A stretch of 64,000 nucleotides of DNA, taken from NCBI RefSeq assembly GCF_009914755.1, contig NC_060931.1; one strand, written 5' to 3'. The stretch comes from the human T2T-CHM13v2.0 reference genome, Homo sapiens. The translations under genes were made by a program, and so were the position numbers. The notes beneath the pieces are model-generated. The model saw nothing but the letters and a program-made list of their open reading frames with translations, did no database searches and was not told the origin of the DNA. Of the stretch, positions 1 through 12,100 are shown piece after piece (within the stretch, counting starts at the first letter, position 1; each line of letters starts with the position of its first letter).

Positions 1-80
1 GGAACGTCCCTTTGCACAGAGCAGATTTGAAACACTCTTTTTGTGGAGTTTGCAAGTGGAGATTTCAAGCGATTTGATGC

Positions 81-97
81 CAACAGTAGAAAAGGAA
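81..97 (+). other. A-type monomer box (degenerate pJ-alpha-like site), example
   Basis: CAACAGTAGAAAAGGAA sits at the position homologous to the CENP-B box in alternate monomers (171 bp before the box at 252). It only partly matches the pJ-alpha consensus. Confidence 0.5.
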
Positions 98-251
98 ATA
101 TCTTCAAATAAAAACTAGACAGAATCATTCTCAGAAACTACTTTGTGATGTGTGCCTTCAACTCACAGAGTTTAACCTTTCTTTTCTTAGAGCAGTTTAG
201 AAACACTCTGCTTGTTATGTCTGCAAGTGGATATTTGGACCTCTTTGAGGC

Positions 252-268
252 CTTCGTTGCAAACGGGG
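252..268 (+). promoter_or_regulatory. CENP-B box, variant form CTTCGTTGCAAACGGGG (one per HOR; example shown)
   Basis: Matches the established core nTTCGnnnnAnnCGGGn; differences from the canonical box are at non-core positions. Confidence 0.85.
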
Positions 269-592
269 TTTCTTCCTTTAATGCAAGACTAAGAAGAGTT
301 CTCAGTAACTTTTTGTGTTGTGTGTATTCAACTCACAGAGTTGAACCTTGCTTTAGAGAGAGCAGATTTGAAACACTCTTGCTGTGGAATTTTCAGGTGG
401 AGATTTCAAGCGATTTGAGGACAATTGCAGAAAAGGAAATATCTTCGTATAATAACCAGACAGAATCATTCTCAGAAAGTGCGTTGTGATGTGTGCGTTC
501 AACTCACAGAGTTTAACCTTTCTTTTCATAGAGGAGCTTGGAAACACACTGTTTGTAATGTCTGCAATTGGATATATGGACCTGTTTGAGGC

Positions 593-609
593 CTCCGTTG
601 GAAACGGGA
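593..609 (+). promoter_or_regulatory. CENP-B box with core mutation (CTCCGTTGGAAACGGGA), predicted impaired
   Basis: The TTCG core reads TCCG. Most HOR copies carry the canonical box at this position (e.g. the next unit near 1614). Confidence 0.75.
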
Positions 610-931
610 TTTCTTCATTGAATGCTAGACGGAAGAATTCTCAGTAAATTCTTTGTGTTGTGTGCATTGAACTCACAGAGTGGAACGTCCCTTTAGACAG
701 AGCAGATTTGAAACACTTTTTGGCGGAATTTGCAAGTGGAGATTTTTAGCCCTTTGATGCCAACAGTAGAAAGGGAAATATCTTCAAATAAAAACCAGAC
801 AGAATCATTCTCAGAAAATTCTTTGTGATGTGTGCGTTCAACTCACATAGTTTAACCTTTCTTTTCATAGAGCAGTTTGGAAACACTCTGTTTGTAAAGT
901 CTGCAAGTGGATATATGGACCGCATTGAGGC

Positions 932-948
932 CTTCGTTGGAAACGGGA
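932..948 (+). promoter_or_regulatory. Canonical CENP-B box CTTCGTTGGAAACGGGA (example; normally two canonical boxes per HOR)
   Basis: Exact match to the established 17-bp CENP-B box, recurring through the array. Confidence 0.95.
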
Positions 949-2162
949 TTTCTTCATTTCATGCTAGACAGAAGAATTCTCAGTAACTTCTTTGTGCTGT
1001 GTGTATTCAACTCACAGAGTGGAACGTCCCTTTGCACAGAGCAGATTTGAAACACTCTTTTTGTGGAGTTTGCAAGTGGAGATTTCAAGCGATTTGATGC
1101 CAACAGTAGAAAAGGAAGTATCTTCAAATAAAAACTAGACAGAATCATTCTCAGAAACTACTTTGTGATGTGTGCCTTCAACTCACCGAGTTTAACCTTT
1201 CTTTTCTGAGAGCAGCTTAGAAACACTCTGCTTGTTATGTCTGCAAGTTGATATTTGGACCTCTTTGAGGCCTTCGTTGCAAACGGGGTTTCTTCCTTTA
1301 ATGCTAGACTAAGAAGAGTTCTCAGTAACTTTTTTGTGTTGTGTGTATTCAACTCACAGAGTTGAACCTTGCTTTAGAGAGAGCAGATTTGAAACACTCT
1401 TGCTGTGGCATTTTCTGGTGGAGATTTCAAGCGATTTGAGGACAATTGCAGAAAAGGAAATATCTTCGTATAATAACCAGACAGAATCATTCTCAGAAAG
1501 TGCTTTGTGATGTGTGCGTTCAACTCACAGAGTTTAACCTTTCTTTTCATAGAGGAGTTTGGAAACACACTGTTTGTAATGTCTGCAATTGGATATATGG
1601 ACCTGTTTGAGGCCTTCGTTGGAAACGGGATTTCTTCATTGAATGCTAGACGGAAGAATTCTCAGTAAATTCTTTGTGTTGTGTGCATTCAACTCACAGA
1701 GTGGAACGTCCCTTTAGACAGAGCAGATTTGAAACACTTTTTGGCGGAATTTGCAAGTGGAGATTTCTAGCCATTTGATGCCAACAGTAGAAAGGGAAAT
1801 ATCTTCAAATAAAAACCAGACAGAATCATTCTCAGAAAATTCTTTGTGATGTGTGCGTTCAACTCACATAGTTTAACCTTTCTTTTCATAGAGCAGTTTG
1901 GAAACACTCTGTTTGTAAAGTCTGCTAGTGGATATATGGACCGCATTGAGGCCTTCGTTGGAAACGGGATTTCTTCATTTCATGCTAGACAGAAGAATTC
2001 TCAGTAACTTCTTTGTGCTGTGTGTATTCAACTCACAGAGTGGAACGTCCCTTTACACAGAGCAGATTTGAAACACTCTTTTTGTGGAGTTTGCAAGTGG
2101 AGATTTCAAGCGATTTGATGCCAACAGTAGAAAAGGAAATATCTTCAAATAAAAACTAGACA

Positions 2163-3184
2163 GAATCATTCTCAGAAACTACTTTGTGATGTGTGCCTTC
2201 AACTCACAGAGTTTAACCTTTCTTTTCTTAGAGCAGTTTAGAAACACTCTGCTTGTTATGTCTGCAAGTGGATATTTGGACCTCTTTGAGGCCTTCGTTG
2301 CAAACGGGGTTTCTTCCTTTAATGCTAGACTAAGAAGAGTTCTCAGTAACTTTTTTGTGTTGTGTGTATTCAACTCACAGAGTTGAACCTTGCTTTAGAG
2401 AGAGCAGATTTGAAACACTCTCGCTGTGGAATTTTCAGGTGGAGATTTCAAGCGATTTGAGGACAATTGCAGAAAAGGAAATATCTTCGTATAATAACCA
2501 GACAGAATCATTCTCAGAAAGTGCTTTGTGATGTGTGCGTTCAACTCACAGAGTTTAACCTTTCTTTTCATAGAGGAGTTTGGAAACACACTGTTTGTAA
2601 AGTCTGCAATTGGATATATGGACCTGTTTGAGGCCTTCGTTGGAAACGGGATTTCTTCATTGAATGCTAGACGGAAGGATTCTCAGTAAATTCTTTGTGT
2701 TGTGTGCATTCAACTCACAGAGTGGAACGTCCCTTTAGACAGAGCAGATTTGAAACACTCTTTTTGCGGAATTTGCAAGTGGAGATTTCTAGCCATTTGA
2801 TGCCAACAGTAGAAAGGGAAATATCTTCAAATAAAAACCAGACAGAATCATTCTCAGAAAATTCTTTGTGATGTGTGCGTTCAACTCACATAGTTTAACC
2901 TTTCTTTTCATAGAGCAGTTTGGAAACACTCTGTTTGTAAAGTCTGCAAGTGGATATATGGACCGCATTGAGGCCTTCGTTGGAAACGGGATTTCTTCAT
3001 TTCATACTAGACAGAAGAATTCTCAGTAACTTCTTTGTGCTGTGTGTATTCAACTCACAGAGTGGAACGTCCCTTTGCACAGAGCAGATTTGAAACACTC
3101 TTTTTGTGGAGTTTGCAAGTGGAGATTTCAAGCGATTTGATGCCAACAGTAGAAAAGGAAATATCTTCAAATAAAAACTAGACA
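2163..3184 (+). repeat. Representative canonical 6-mer HOR unit (1022 bp)
   Basis: Homologous GAA(T/G)..TTCTCAG anchors at 2163, 2334, 2505, 2674, 2845, 3014 and 3185 give monomers of 171, 171, 169, 171, 169 and 171 bp, totalling 1022. Confidence 0.95.
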
Positions 3185-6100
3185 GAATCATTCTCAGAAA
3201 CTACTTTGTGATGTGTGCATTTAACTCACAGAGTTTAACCTTTCTTTTCTTAGAGCAGTTTAGAAACACTCTGCTTGTTATGTCTGCAAGTGGATATTTG
3301 GACCTCTTTGAGGCCTTCGTTGCAAACGGGGTTTCTTCCTTTAATGCTAGACTAAGAAGAGTTCTCAGTAACTTTTTTGTGTTGTGTGTATTCAACTCAC
3401 AGAGTTGAACCTTGCTTTAGAGAGAGCAGATTTGAAACACTCTTGCTGTGGCATTTTCAGGTGGAGATTTCAAGCGATTTGAGGACAATGGCAGAAAAGG
3501 AAATATCTTCGTATAATAACCAGACAGAATCATTCTCAGAAAGTGCTTTGTGATGTGTGCGTTCAACTCACAGAATTTAACCTTTCTTTTCATAGAGGAG
3601 CTTGGAAACACACTGTAAAGTCTGCAATTGGATATATGGACCTGTTTGAGGCCTCCGTTGGAAACGGGATTTCTTCATTGAATGCTAGACGGAAGAATTC
3701 TCAGTAAATTCTTTGTGTTGTGTGCATTGAACTCACAGAGTGGAACGTCCCTTTAGACAGAGCAGATTTGAAACACTCTTTTTGCGGAATTTGCAAGTGG
3801 AGATTTCTAGCCATTTGATGTCAACAGTAGAAAGGGAAATATCTTCAAATAAAAACCAGACAGAATCATTCTCAGAAAATTCTTTGTGATGTGTGCGTTC
3901 AACTCACATAGTTTAACCTTTCTTTTCATAGAGCAGTTTGGAAACACTCTGTTTGTAAAGTCTGCAAGTGGATATATGGACCGCATTGAGGCCTTCGTTG
4001 GAAACGGGATTTCTTCATTTCATGCTAGACAGAAGAATTCTCAGTAACTTCTTTGTGCTGTGTGTATTCAACTCACAGAGTGGAACGTCCCTTTGCACAG
4101 AGCAGATTTGAAACACTCTTTTTGTGGAGTTTACAAGTGGAGATTTCAAGCGATTTGATACCAACAGTAGAAAAGGAAATATCTTCAAATAAAAACTAGA
4201 CAGAATCATTCTCAGAAACTACTTTGTGATGTGTGCCTTCAACTCACAGAGTTTAACCTTTCTTTTCTTAGAGCAGTTTAGAAACACTCTGCTTGTTATG
4301 TCTGCAAGTGGATATTTGGACCTCTTTGAGGCCTTCGTTGCAAACGGGGTTTCTTCCTTTCATGCTAGACTAAGAAGAGTTCTCAGTAACTTTTTTGTGT
4401 TGTGTGTATTCAACTCACAGAGTTGAACCTTGCTTTAGAGAGAGCAGATTTGAAACACTCTTGCTGTGGCATTTTCAGGTGGAGATTTCAAGCGATTTGA
4501 GGACAATTGCAGAAAAGGAAATATCTTCGTATAATAACCAGACAGAATCATTCTCAGAAAGTGCTTTGTGATGTGTGCGTTCAACTCACAGAGTTTAACC
4601 TTTCTTTTCATAGAGGAGTTTGGAAACACACTGTTTGTAAAGTCTGCAATTGGATATATGGACCTGTTTGAGGCCTTCGTTGGAAACGGGATTTCTTCAT
4701 TGAATGCTAGACGGAAGAATTCTCAGTAAATTCTTTGTGTTGTGTGCATTCAACTCACAGAGTGGAACGTCCCTTTAGACAGAGCAGATTTGAAACACTC
4801 TTTTTGCGGAATTTGCAAGTGGAGATTTCTAGCCATTTGATGCCAACAGTAGAAAGGGAAATATCTTCAAATAAAAACCAGACAGAATCATTCTCAGAAA
4901 ATTCTTTGTGATGTGTGCGTTCAACTCACATAGTTTAACCTTTCTTTTCATAGAGCAGTTTGGAAACACTCTGTTTGTAAAGTCTGCAAGTGGATATATG
5001 GACCGCATTGAGGCCTTCGTTGGAAACGGGATTTCTTCATTTCATGCTAGACAGAAGAATTCTCAGTAACTTCTTTGTGCTGTGTGTATTCAACTCACAG
5101 AGTGGAACGTCCCTTTACACAGAGCAGATTTGAAACACTCTTTTTGTGGAGTTTGCAAGTGGAGATTTCAAGCGATTTGATGCCAACAGTAGAAAAGGAA
5201 ATATCTTCAAATAAAAACTAGACAGAATCATTCTCAGAAACTACTTTGTGATGTGTGCCTTCAACTCACAGAGTTTAACCTTTCTTTTCTTAGAGCAGTT
5301 TAGAAACACTCTGCTTGTTATGTCTGCAAGTGGATATTTGGACCTCTTTGAGGCCTTCGTTGCAAACGGGGTTTCTTCCTTTAATGCTAGACTAAGAAGA
5401 GTTCTCAGTAACTTTTTTGTGTTGTGTGTATTCAACTCACAGAGTTGAACCTTGCTTTAGAGAGAGCAGATTTGAAACACTCTCGCTGTGGCATTTTCAG
5501 GTGGAGATTTCAAACGATTTGAGGACAATTGCAGAAAAGGAAATACCTTCGTATAATAACCAGACAGAATCATTCTCAGAAAGTGCTTTGTGATGTGTGC
5601 GTTCAACTCACAGAGTTTAACCTTTCTTTTCATAGAGGAGTTTGGAAACACACTGTTTGTAAAGTCTGCAAGTGTATATATGGACCTGTTTGAGGCCTTC
5701 GTTGGAAACGGGATTTCTTCATTGAATGCTAGACGGAAGAATTCTCAGTAAATTCTTTGTGTTGTGTGCATTCAACTCACAGAGTGGAACGTCCCTTTAG
5801 ACAGAGCAGATTTGAAACACTCTTTTTGCGGAATTTGCAAGTGGAGATTTCTAGCCATTTGATGCCAACAGTAGAAAGGGAAATATCTTCAAATAAAAAC
5901 CAGACAGAATCATTCTCAGAAAATTCTTTGTGATGTGTGCGTTCAACTCACATAGTTTAACCTTTCTTTTCATAGAGCAGTTTGGAAACACTCTGTTTGT
6001 AAAGTCTGCAAGTGGATATATGGACCGCATTGAGGCCTTCGTTGGAAACGGGATTTCTTCATTTCATGCTAGACAGAAGAATTCTCAGTAACTTCTTTGT

Positions 6101-9100
6101 GCTGTGTGTATTCAACTCACAGAGTGGAACGTCCCTTTGCACAGAGCAGATTTGAAACACTCTTTTTGTGGAGTTTGCAAGTGGAGATTTCAAGCGATTT
6201 GATGCCAACAGTAGAAAAGGAAATATCTTCAAATAAAAACTAGACAGAATCATTCTCAGAAACTACTTTGTGATGTGTGCCTTCAACTCACAGAGTTTAA
6301 CCTTTCTTTTCTTAGAGCAGTTTAGAAACACTCTGCTTGTTATGTCTGCAAGTGGATATTTGGACCTCTTTGAGGCCTTCGTTGCAAACGGGGTTTCTTC
6401 CTTTAATGCTAGACTAAGAAGAGTTCTCAGTAACTTTTTTGTGTTGTGTGTATTCAACTCACAGAGTTGAACCTTGCTTTAGAGAGAGCAGATTTGAAAC
6501 ACTCTTGCTGTGGAATTTTCAGGTGGAGATTTCAAGCGATTTGAGGACAATGGCAGAAAAGGAAATATCTTCGTATAATAACCAGACAGAATCATTCTCA
6601 GAAAGTGCTTTGTGATGTGTGCGTTCAACTCACAGAATTTAACCTTTCTTTTCATAGAGGAGCTTGGAAACACACTGTAAAGTCTGCAATTGGATATATG
6701 GACCTGTTTGAGGCCTCCGTTGGAAACGGGATTTCTTCATTGAATGCTAGACGGAAGAATTCTCAGTAAATTCTTTGTGTTGTGTGCATTGAACTCACAG
6801 AGTGGAACGTCCCTTTACACAGAGCAGATTTGAAACACTCTTTTTGCGGAATTTGCAAGTGGAGATTTCTAGCCATTTGATGTCAACAGTAGAAAGGGAA
6901 ATATCTTCAAATAAAAACCAGACAGAATCATTCTCAGAAAATTCTTTGTGATGTGTGCGTTCAACTCACATAGTTTAACCTTTCTTTTCATAGAGCAGTT
7001 TGGAAACACTCTGTTTGTAAAGTCTGCAAGTGGATATATGGACCGCATTGAGGCCTTCGTTGGAAACGGGATTTCTTCATTTCATGCTAGACAGAAGAAT
7101 TCTCAGTAACTTCTTTGTGCTGTGTGTATTCAACTCACAGAGTGGAACGTCCCTTTGCACAGAGCAGATTTGAAACACTCTTTTTGTGGAGTTTACAAGT
7201 GGAGATTTCAAGCGATTTGATACCAACAGTAGAAAAGGAAATATCTTCAAATAAAAACTAGACAGAATCATTCTCAGAAACTACTTTGTGATGTGTGCCT
7301 TCAACTCACAGAGTTTAACCTTTCTTTTCTTAGAGCAGTTTAGAAACACTCTGCTTGTTATGTCTGCAAGTGGATATTTGGACCTCTTTGAGGCCTTCGT
7401 TGCAAACGGGGTTTCTTCCTTTCATGCTAGACTAAGAAGAGTTCTCAGTAACTTTTTTGTGTTGTGTGTATTCAACTCACAGAGTTGAACCTTGCTTTAG
7501 AGAGAGCAGATTTGAAACACTCTTGCTGTGGCATTTTCAGGTGGAGATTTCAAGCGATTTGAGGACAATTGCAGAAAAGGAAATATCTTCGTATAATAAC
7601 CAGACAGAATCATTCTCAGAAAGTGCTTTGTGATGTGTGCGTTCAACTCACAGAGTTTAACCTTTCTTTTCATAGAGGAGTTTGGAAACACACTGTTTGT
7701 AAAGTCTGCAAGTGTATATATGGACCTGTTTGAGGCCTTCGTTGGAAACGGGATTTCTTCATTGAATGCTAGACGGAAGAATTCTCAGTAAATTCTTTGT
7801 GTTGTGTGCATTCAACTCACAGAGTGGAACGTCCCTTTAGACAGAGCAGATTTGAAACACTCTTTTTGCGGAATTTGCAAGTGGAGATTTCTAGCCATTT
7901 GATGCCAACAGTAGAAAGGGAAATATCTTCAAATAAAAACCAGACAGAATCATTCTCAGAAAATTCTTTGTGATGTGTGCGTTCAACTCACATAGTTTAA
8001 CCTTTCTTTTCATAGAGCAGTTTGGAAACACTCTGTTTGTAAAGTCTGCAAGTGGATATATGGACCGCATTGAGGCCTTCGTTGGAAACGGGATTTCTTC
8101 ATTTCATGCTAGACAGAAGAATTCTCAGTAACTTCTTTGTGCTGTGTGTATTCAACTCACAGAGTGGAACGTCCCTTTGCACAGAGCAGATTTGAAACAC
8201 TCTTTTTGTGGAGTTTGCAAGTGGAGATTTCAAGCGATTTGATGCCAACAGTAGAAAAGGAAATATCTTCAAATAAAAACTAGACAGAATCATTCTCAGA
8301 AACTACTTTGTGATGTGTGCCTTCAACTCACAGAGTTTAACCTTTCTTTTCTTAGAGCAGTTTAGAAACACTCTGCTTGTTATGTCTGCAAGTGGATATT
8401 TGGACCTCTTTGAGGCCTTCGTTGCAAACGGGGTTTCTTCCTTTAATGCTAGACTAAGAAGAGTTCTCAGTAACTTTTTTGTGTTGTGTGTATTCAACTC
8501 ACAGAGTTGAACCTTGCTTTAGAGAGAGCAGATTTGAAACACTCTTGCTGTGGAATTTTCAGGTGGAGATTTCAAGCGATTTGAGGACAATGGCAGAAAA
8601 GGAAATATCTTCGTATAATAACCAGACAGAATCATTCTCAGAAAGTGCTTTGTGATGTGTGCGTTCAACTCACAGAATTTAACCTTTCTTTTCATAGAGG
8701 AGCTTGGAAACACACTGTAAAGTCTGCAATTGGATATATGGACCTGTTTGAGGCCTCCGTTGGAAACGGGATTTCTTCATTGAATGCTAGACGGAAGAAT
8801 TCTCAGTAAATTCTTTGTGTTGTGTGCATTGAACTCACAGAGTGGAACGTCCCTTTACACAGAGCAGATTTGAAACACTCTTTTTGCGGAATTTGCAAGT
8901 GGAGATTTCTAGCCATTTGATGTCAACAGTAGAAAGGGAAATATCTTCAAATAAAAACCAGACAGAATCATTCTCAGAAAATTCTTTGTGATGTGTGCGT
9001 TCAACTCACATAGTTTAACCTTTCTTTTCATAGAGCAGTTTGGAAACACTCTGTTTGTAAAGTCTGCAAGTGGATATATGGACCGCATTGAGGCCTTCGT

Positions 9101-12100
9101 TGGAAACGGGATTTCTTCATTTCATGCTAGACAGAAGAATTCTCAGTAACTTCTTTGTGCTGTGTGTATTCAACTCACAGAGTGGAACGTCCCTTTGCAC
9201 AGAGCAGATTTGAAACACTCTTTTTGTGGAGTTTACAAGTGGAGATTTCAAGCGATTTGATACCAACAGTAGAAAAGGAAATATCTTCAAATAAAAACTA
9301 GACAGAATCATTCTCAGAAACTACTTTGTGATGTGTGCCTTCAACTCACAGAGTTTAACCTTTCTTTTCTTAGAGCAGTTTAGAAACACTCTGCTTGTTA
9401 TGTCTGCAAGTGGATATTTGGACCTCTTTGAGGCCTTCGTTGCAAACGGGGTTTCTTCCTTTAATGCTAGACTAAGAAGAGTTCTCAGTAACTTTTTTGT
9501 GTTGTGTGTATTCAACTCACAGAGTTGAACCTTGCTTTAGAGAGAGCAGATTTGAAACACTCTCGCTGTGGCATTTTCAGGTGGAGATTTCAAACGATTT
9601 GAGGACAATTGCAGAAAAGGAAATACCTTCGTATAATAACCAGACAGAATCATTCTCAGAAAGTGCTTTGTGATGTGTGCGTTCAACTCACAGAGTTTAA
9701 CCTTTCTTTTCATAGAGGAGTTTGGAAACACACTGTTTGTAAAGTCTGCAAGTGTATATATGGACCTGTTTGAGGCCTTCGTTGGAAACGGGATTTCTTC
9801 ATTGAATGCTAGACGGAAGAATTCTCAGTAAATTCTTTGTGTTGTGTGCATTCAACTCACAGAGTGGAACGTCCCTTTAGACAGAGCAGATTTGAAACAC
9901 TCTTTTTGCGGAATTTGCAAGTGGAGATTTCTAGCCATTTGATGCCAACAGTAGAAAGGGAAATATCTTCAAATAAAAACCAGCCAGAATCATTCTCAGA
10001 AAATTCTTTGTGATGTGTGCGTTCAACTCACATAGTTTAACCTTTCTTTTCATAGAGCAGTTTGGAAACACTCTGTTTGTAAAGTCTGCAAGTGGATATA
10101 TGGACCGCATTGAGGCCTTCTTTGGAAACGGGATTTCTTCATTTCATGCTAGACAGAAGAATTCTCAGTAACTTCTTTGTGCTGTGTGTATTCAACTCAC
10201 AGAGTGCAACGTCCCTTTACACAGAGCAGATTTGAAACACTCTTTTTGTGGAGTTTGCAAGTGGAGATTTCAAGCGATTTTATGCCAACAGTAGAAAAGG
10301 AAATATCTTCAAATAAAAACTAGACAGAATCATTCTCAGAAACTACTTTGTGATGTGTGCCTTCAACTCACAGAGTTTAACCTTTCTTTTCTTAGAGCAG
10401 CTTAGAAACACTCTGCTTGTTATGTCTGCAAGTGGATATTTGGACCTCTTTGAGGCCTTCGTTGCAAACGGGGTTTCTTCCTTTAATGCTAGACTAAGAA
10501 GAGTTCTCAGTAACTTTTTTGTGTTGTGTTTATTCAACTCACAGAGTTGAACCTTGCTTTAGAGAGAGCAGATTTGAAACACTCTCGCTGTGGCATTTTC
10601 AGGTGGAGATTTCAAACGATTTGAGGACAATTGCAGAAAAGGAAATATCTTCGTATAATAACCAGACAGAATCATTCTCAGAAAGTGCTTTGTGATGTGT
10701 GCGTTCAACTCACAGAGTTTAACCTTTCTTTTCATAGAGGAGTTTGGAAACACACTGTTTGTAAAGTCTGCAATTGGATATATGGACCTGTTTGAGGCCT
10801 TCGTTGGAAACGGGATTTTATCATATAATGATAGACGGAAGAATTCTCAGTAAATTCTTTGTGTTGTATGCATTCAACTCACAGAGTGGAACGTCCCTTT
10901 AGACAGAGCAGATTTGAAACACTCTTTTTGCGGAATTTGCAAGTGGAGATTTCTAGCCATTTGATGCCAACAGTAGAAAGGGAAATATCTTCAAATAAAA
11001 ACCAGACAGAATCATTCTCAGAAAATTCTTTGTGATGTGTGCGTTCAACTCACATAGTTTAACCTTTCTTTTCATACAGCAGTTTGGAAACACTCTGTTT
11101 GTAAAGTCTGCAAGTGGATATATGGACCGCATTGAGGCCTTCGTTGGAAACGGGATTTCTTCATTTCATGCTAGACAGAAGAATTCTCAGTAACTTCTTT
11201 GTGCTGTGTGTATTCAACTCACAGAGTGGAACGTCCCTTTACACAGAGCAGATTTGAAACACTCTTTTTGTGGAGTTTGCAAGTGGAGATTTCAAGCGAT
11301 TTGATGCCAACAGTAGAAAAGGAAATATCTTCTAATAAAAACTAGACAGAATCATTCTCAGAAACTACTTTGTGATGTGTGCCTTCAACTCACAGAGTTT
11401 AACCTTTCTTTTCTTAGAGCAGTTTAGAAACACTCTGCTTGTTATGTCTGCAAGTGGATATTTGGACCTCTTTGAGGCCTTCGTTGCAAACGGGGTTTCT
11501 TCCTTTAATGCTAGACTAAGAAGAGTTCTCAGTAACTTTTTTGTGTTGTGTGTATTCAACTCACAGAGTTGAACCTTGCTTTAGAGAGAGCAGATTTGAA
11601 ACACTCTCGCTGTGGAATTTTCAGGTGGAGATTTCAAGCGATTTGAGGACAATTGCAGAAAAGGAAATATCTTCGTATAATAACCAGACAGAATCATTCT
11701 CAGAAAGTGCTTTGTGATGTGTGCGTTCAACTCACAGAGTTTAACCTTTCTTTTCATAGAGGAGTTTGGAAACACACTGTTTGTAAAGTCTGCAATTGGA
11801 TATATGGACCTGTTTGAGGCCTCCGTTGGAAACGGGATTTCTTCATTGAATGCTAGACGGAAGAATTCTCAGTAAATTCTTTGTGTTGTGTGCATTCAAC
11901 TCACAGAGTGGAACGTCCCTTTAGACAGAGCAGATTTGAAACACTCTTTTTGCGGAATTTGCAAGTGGAGATTTCTAGCCATTTGATGTCAACAGTAGAA
12001 AGGGAAATATCTTCAAATAAAAACCAGACAGAATCATTCTCAGAAAATTCTTTGTGATGTGTGCGTTCAACTCACATAGTTTAACCTTTCTTTTCATAGA

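Noticed and set aside
106-112. AATAAA hexamers and TATA-like words as polyadenylation or promoter signals
   Set aside because: They are intrinsic to the AT-rich monomers and repeat in every HOR. Nothing in the sequence supports a transcription unit.
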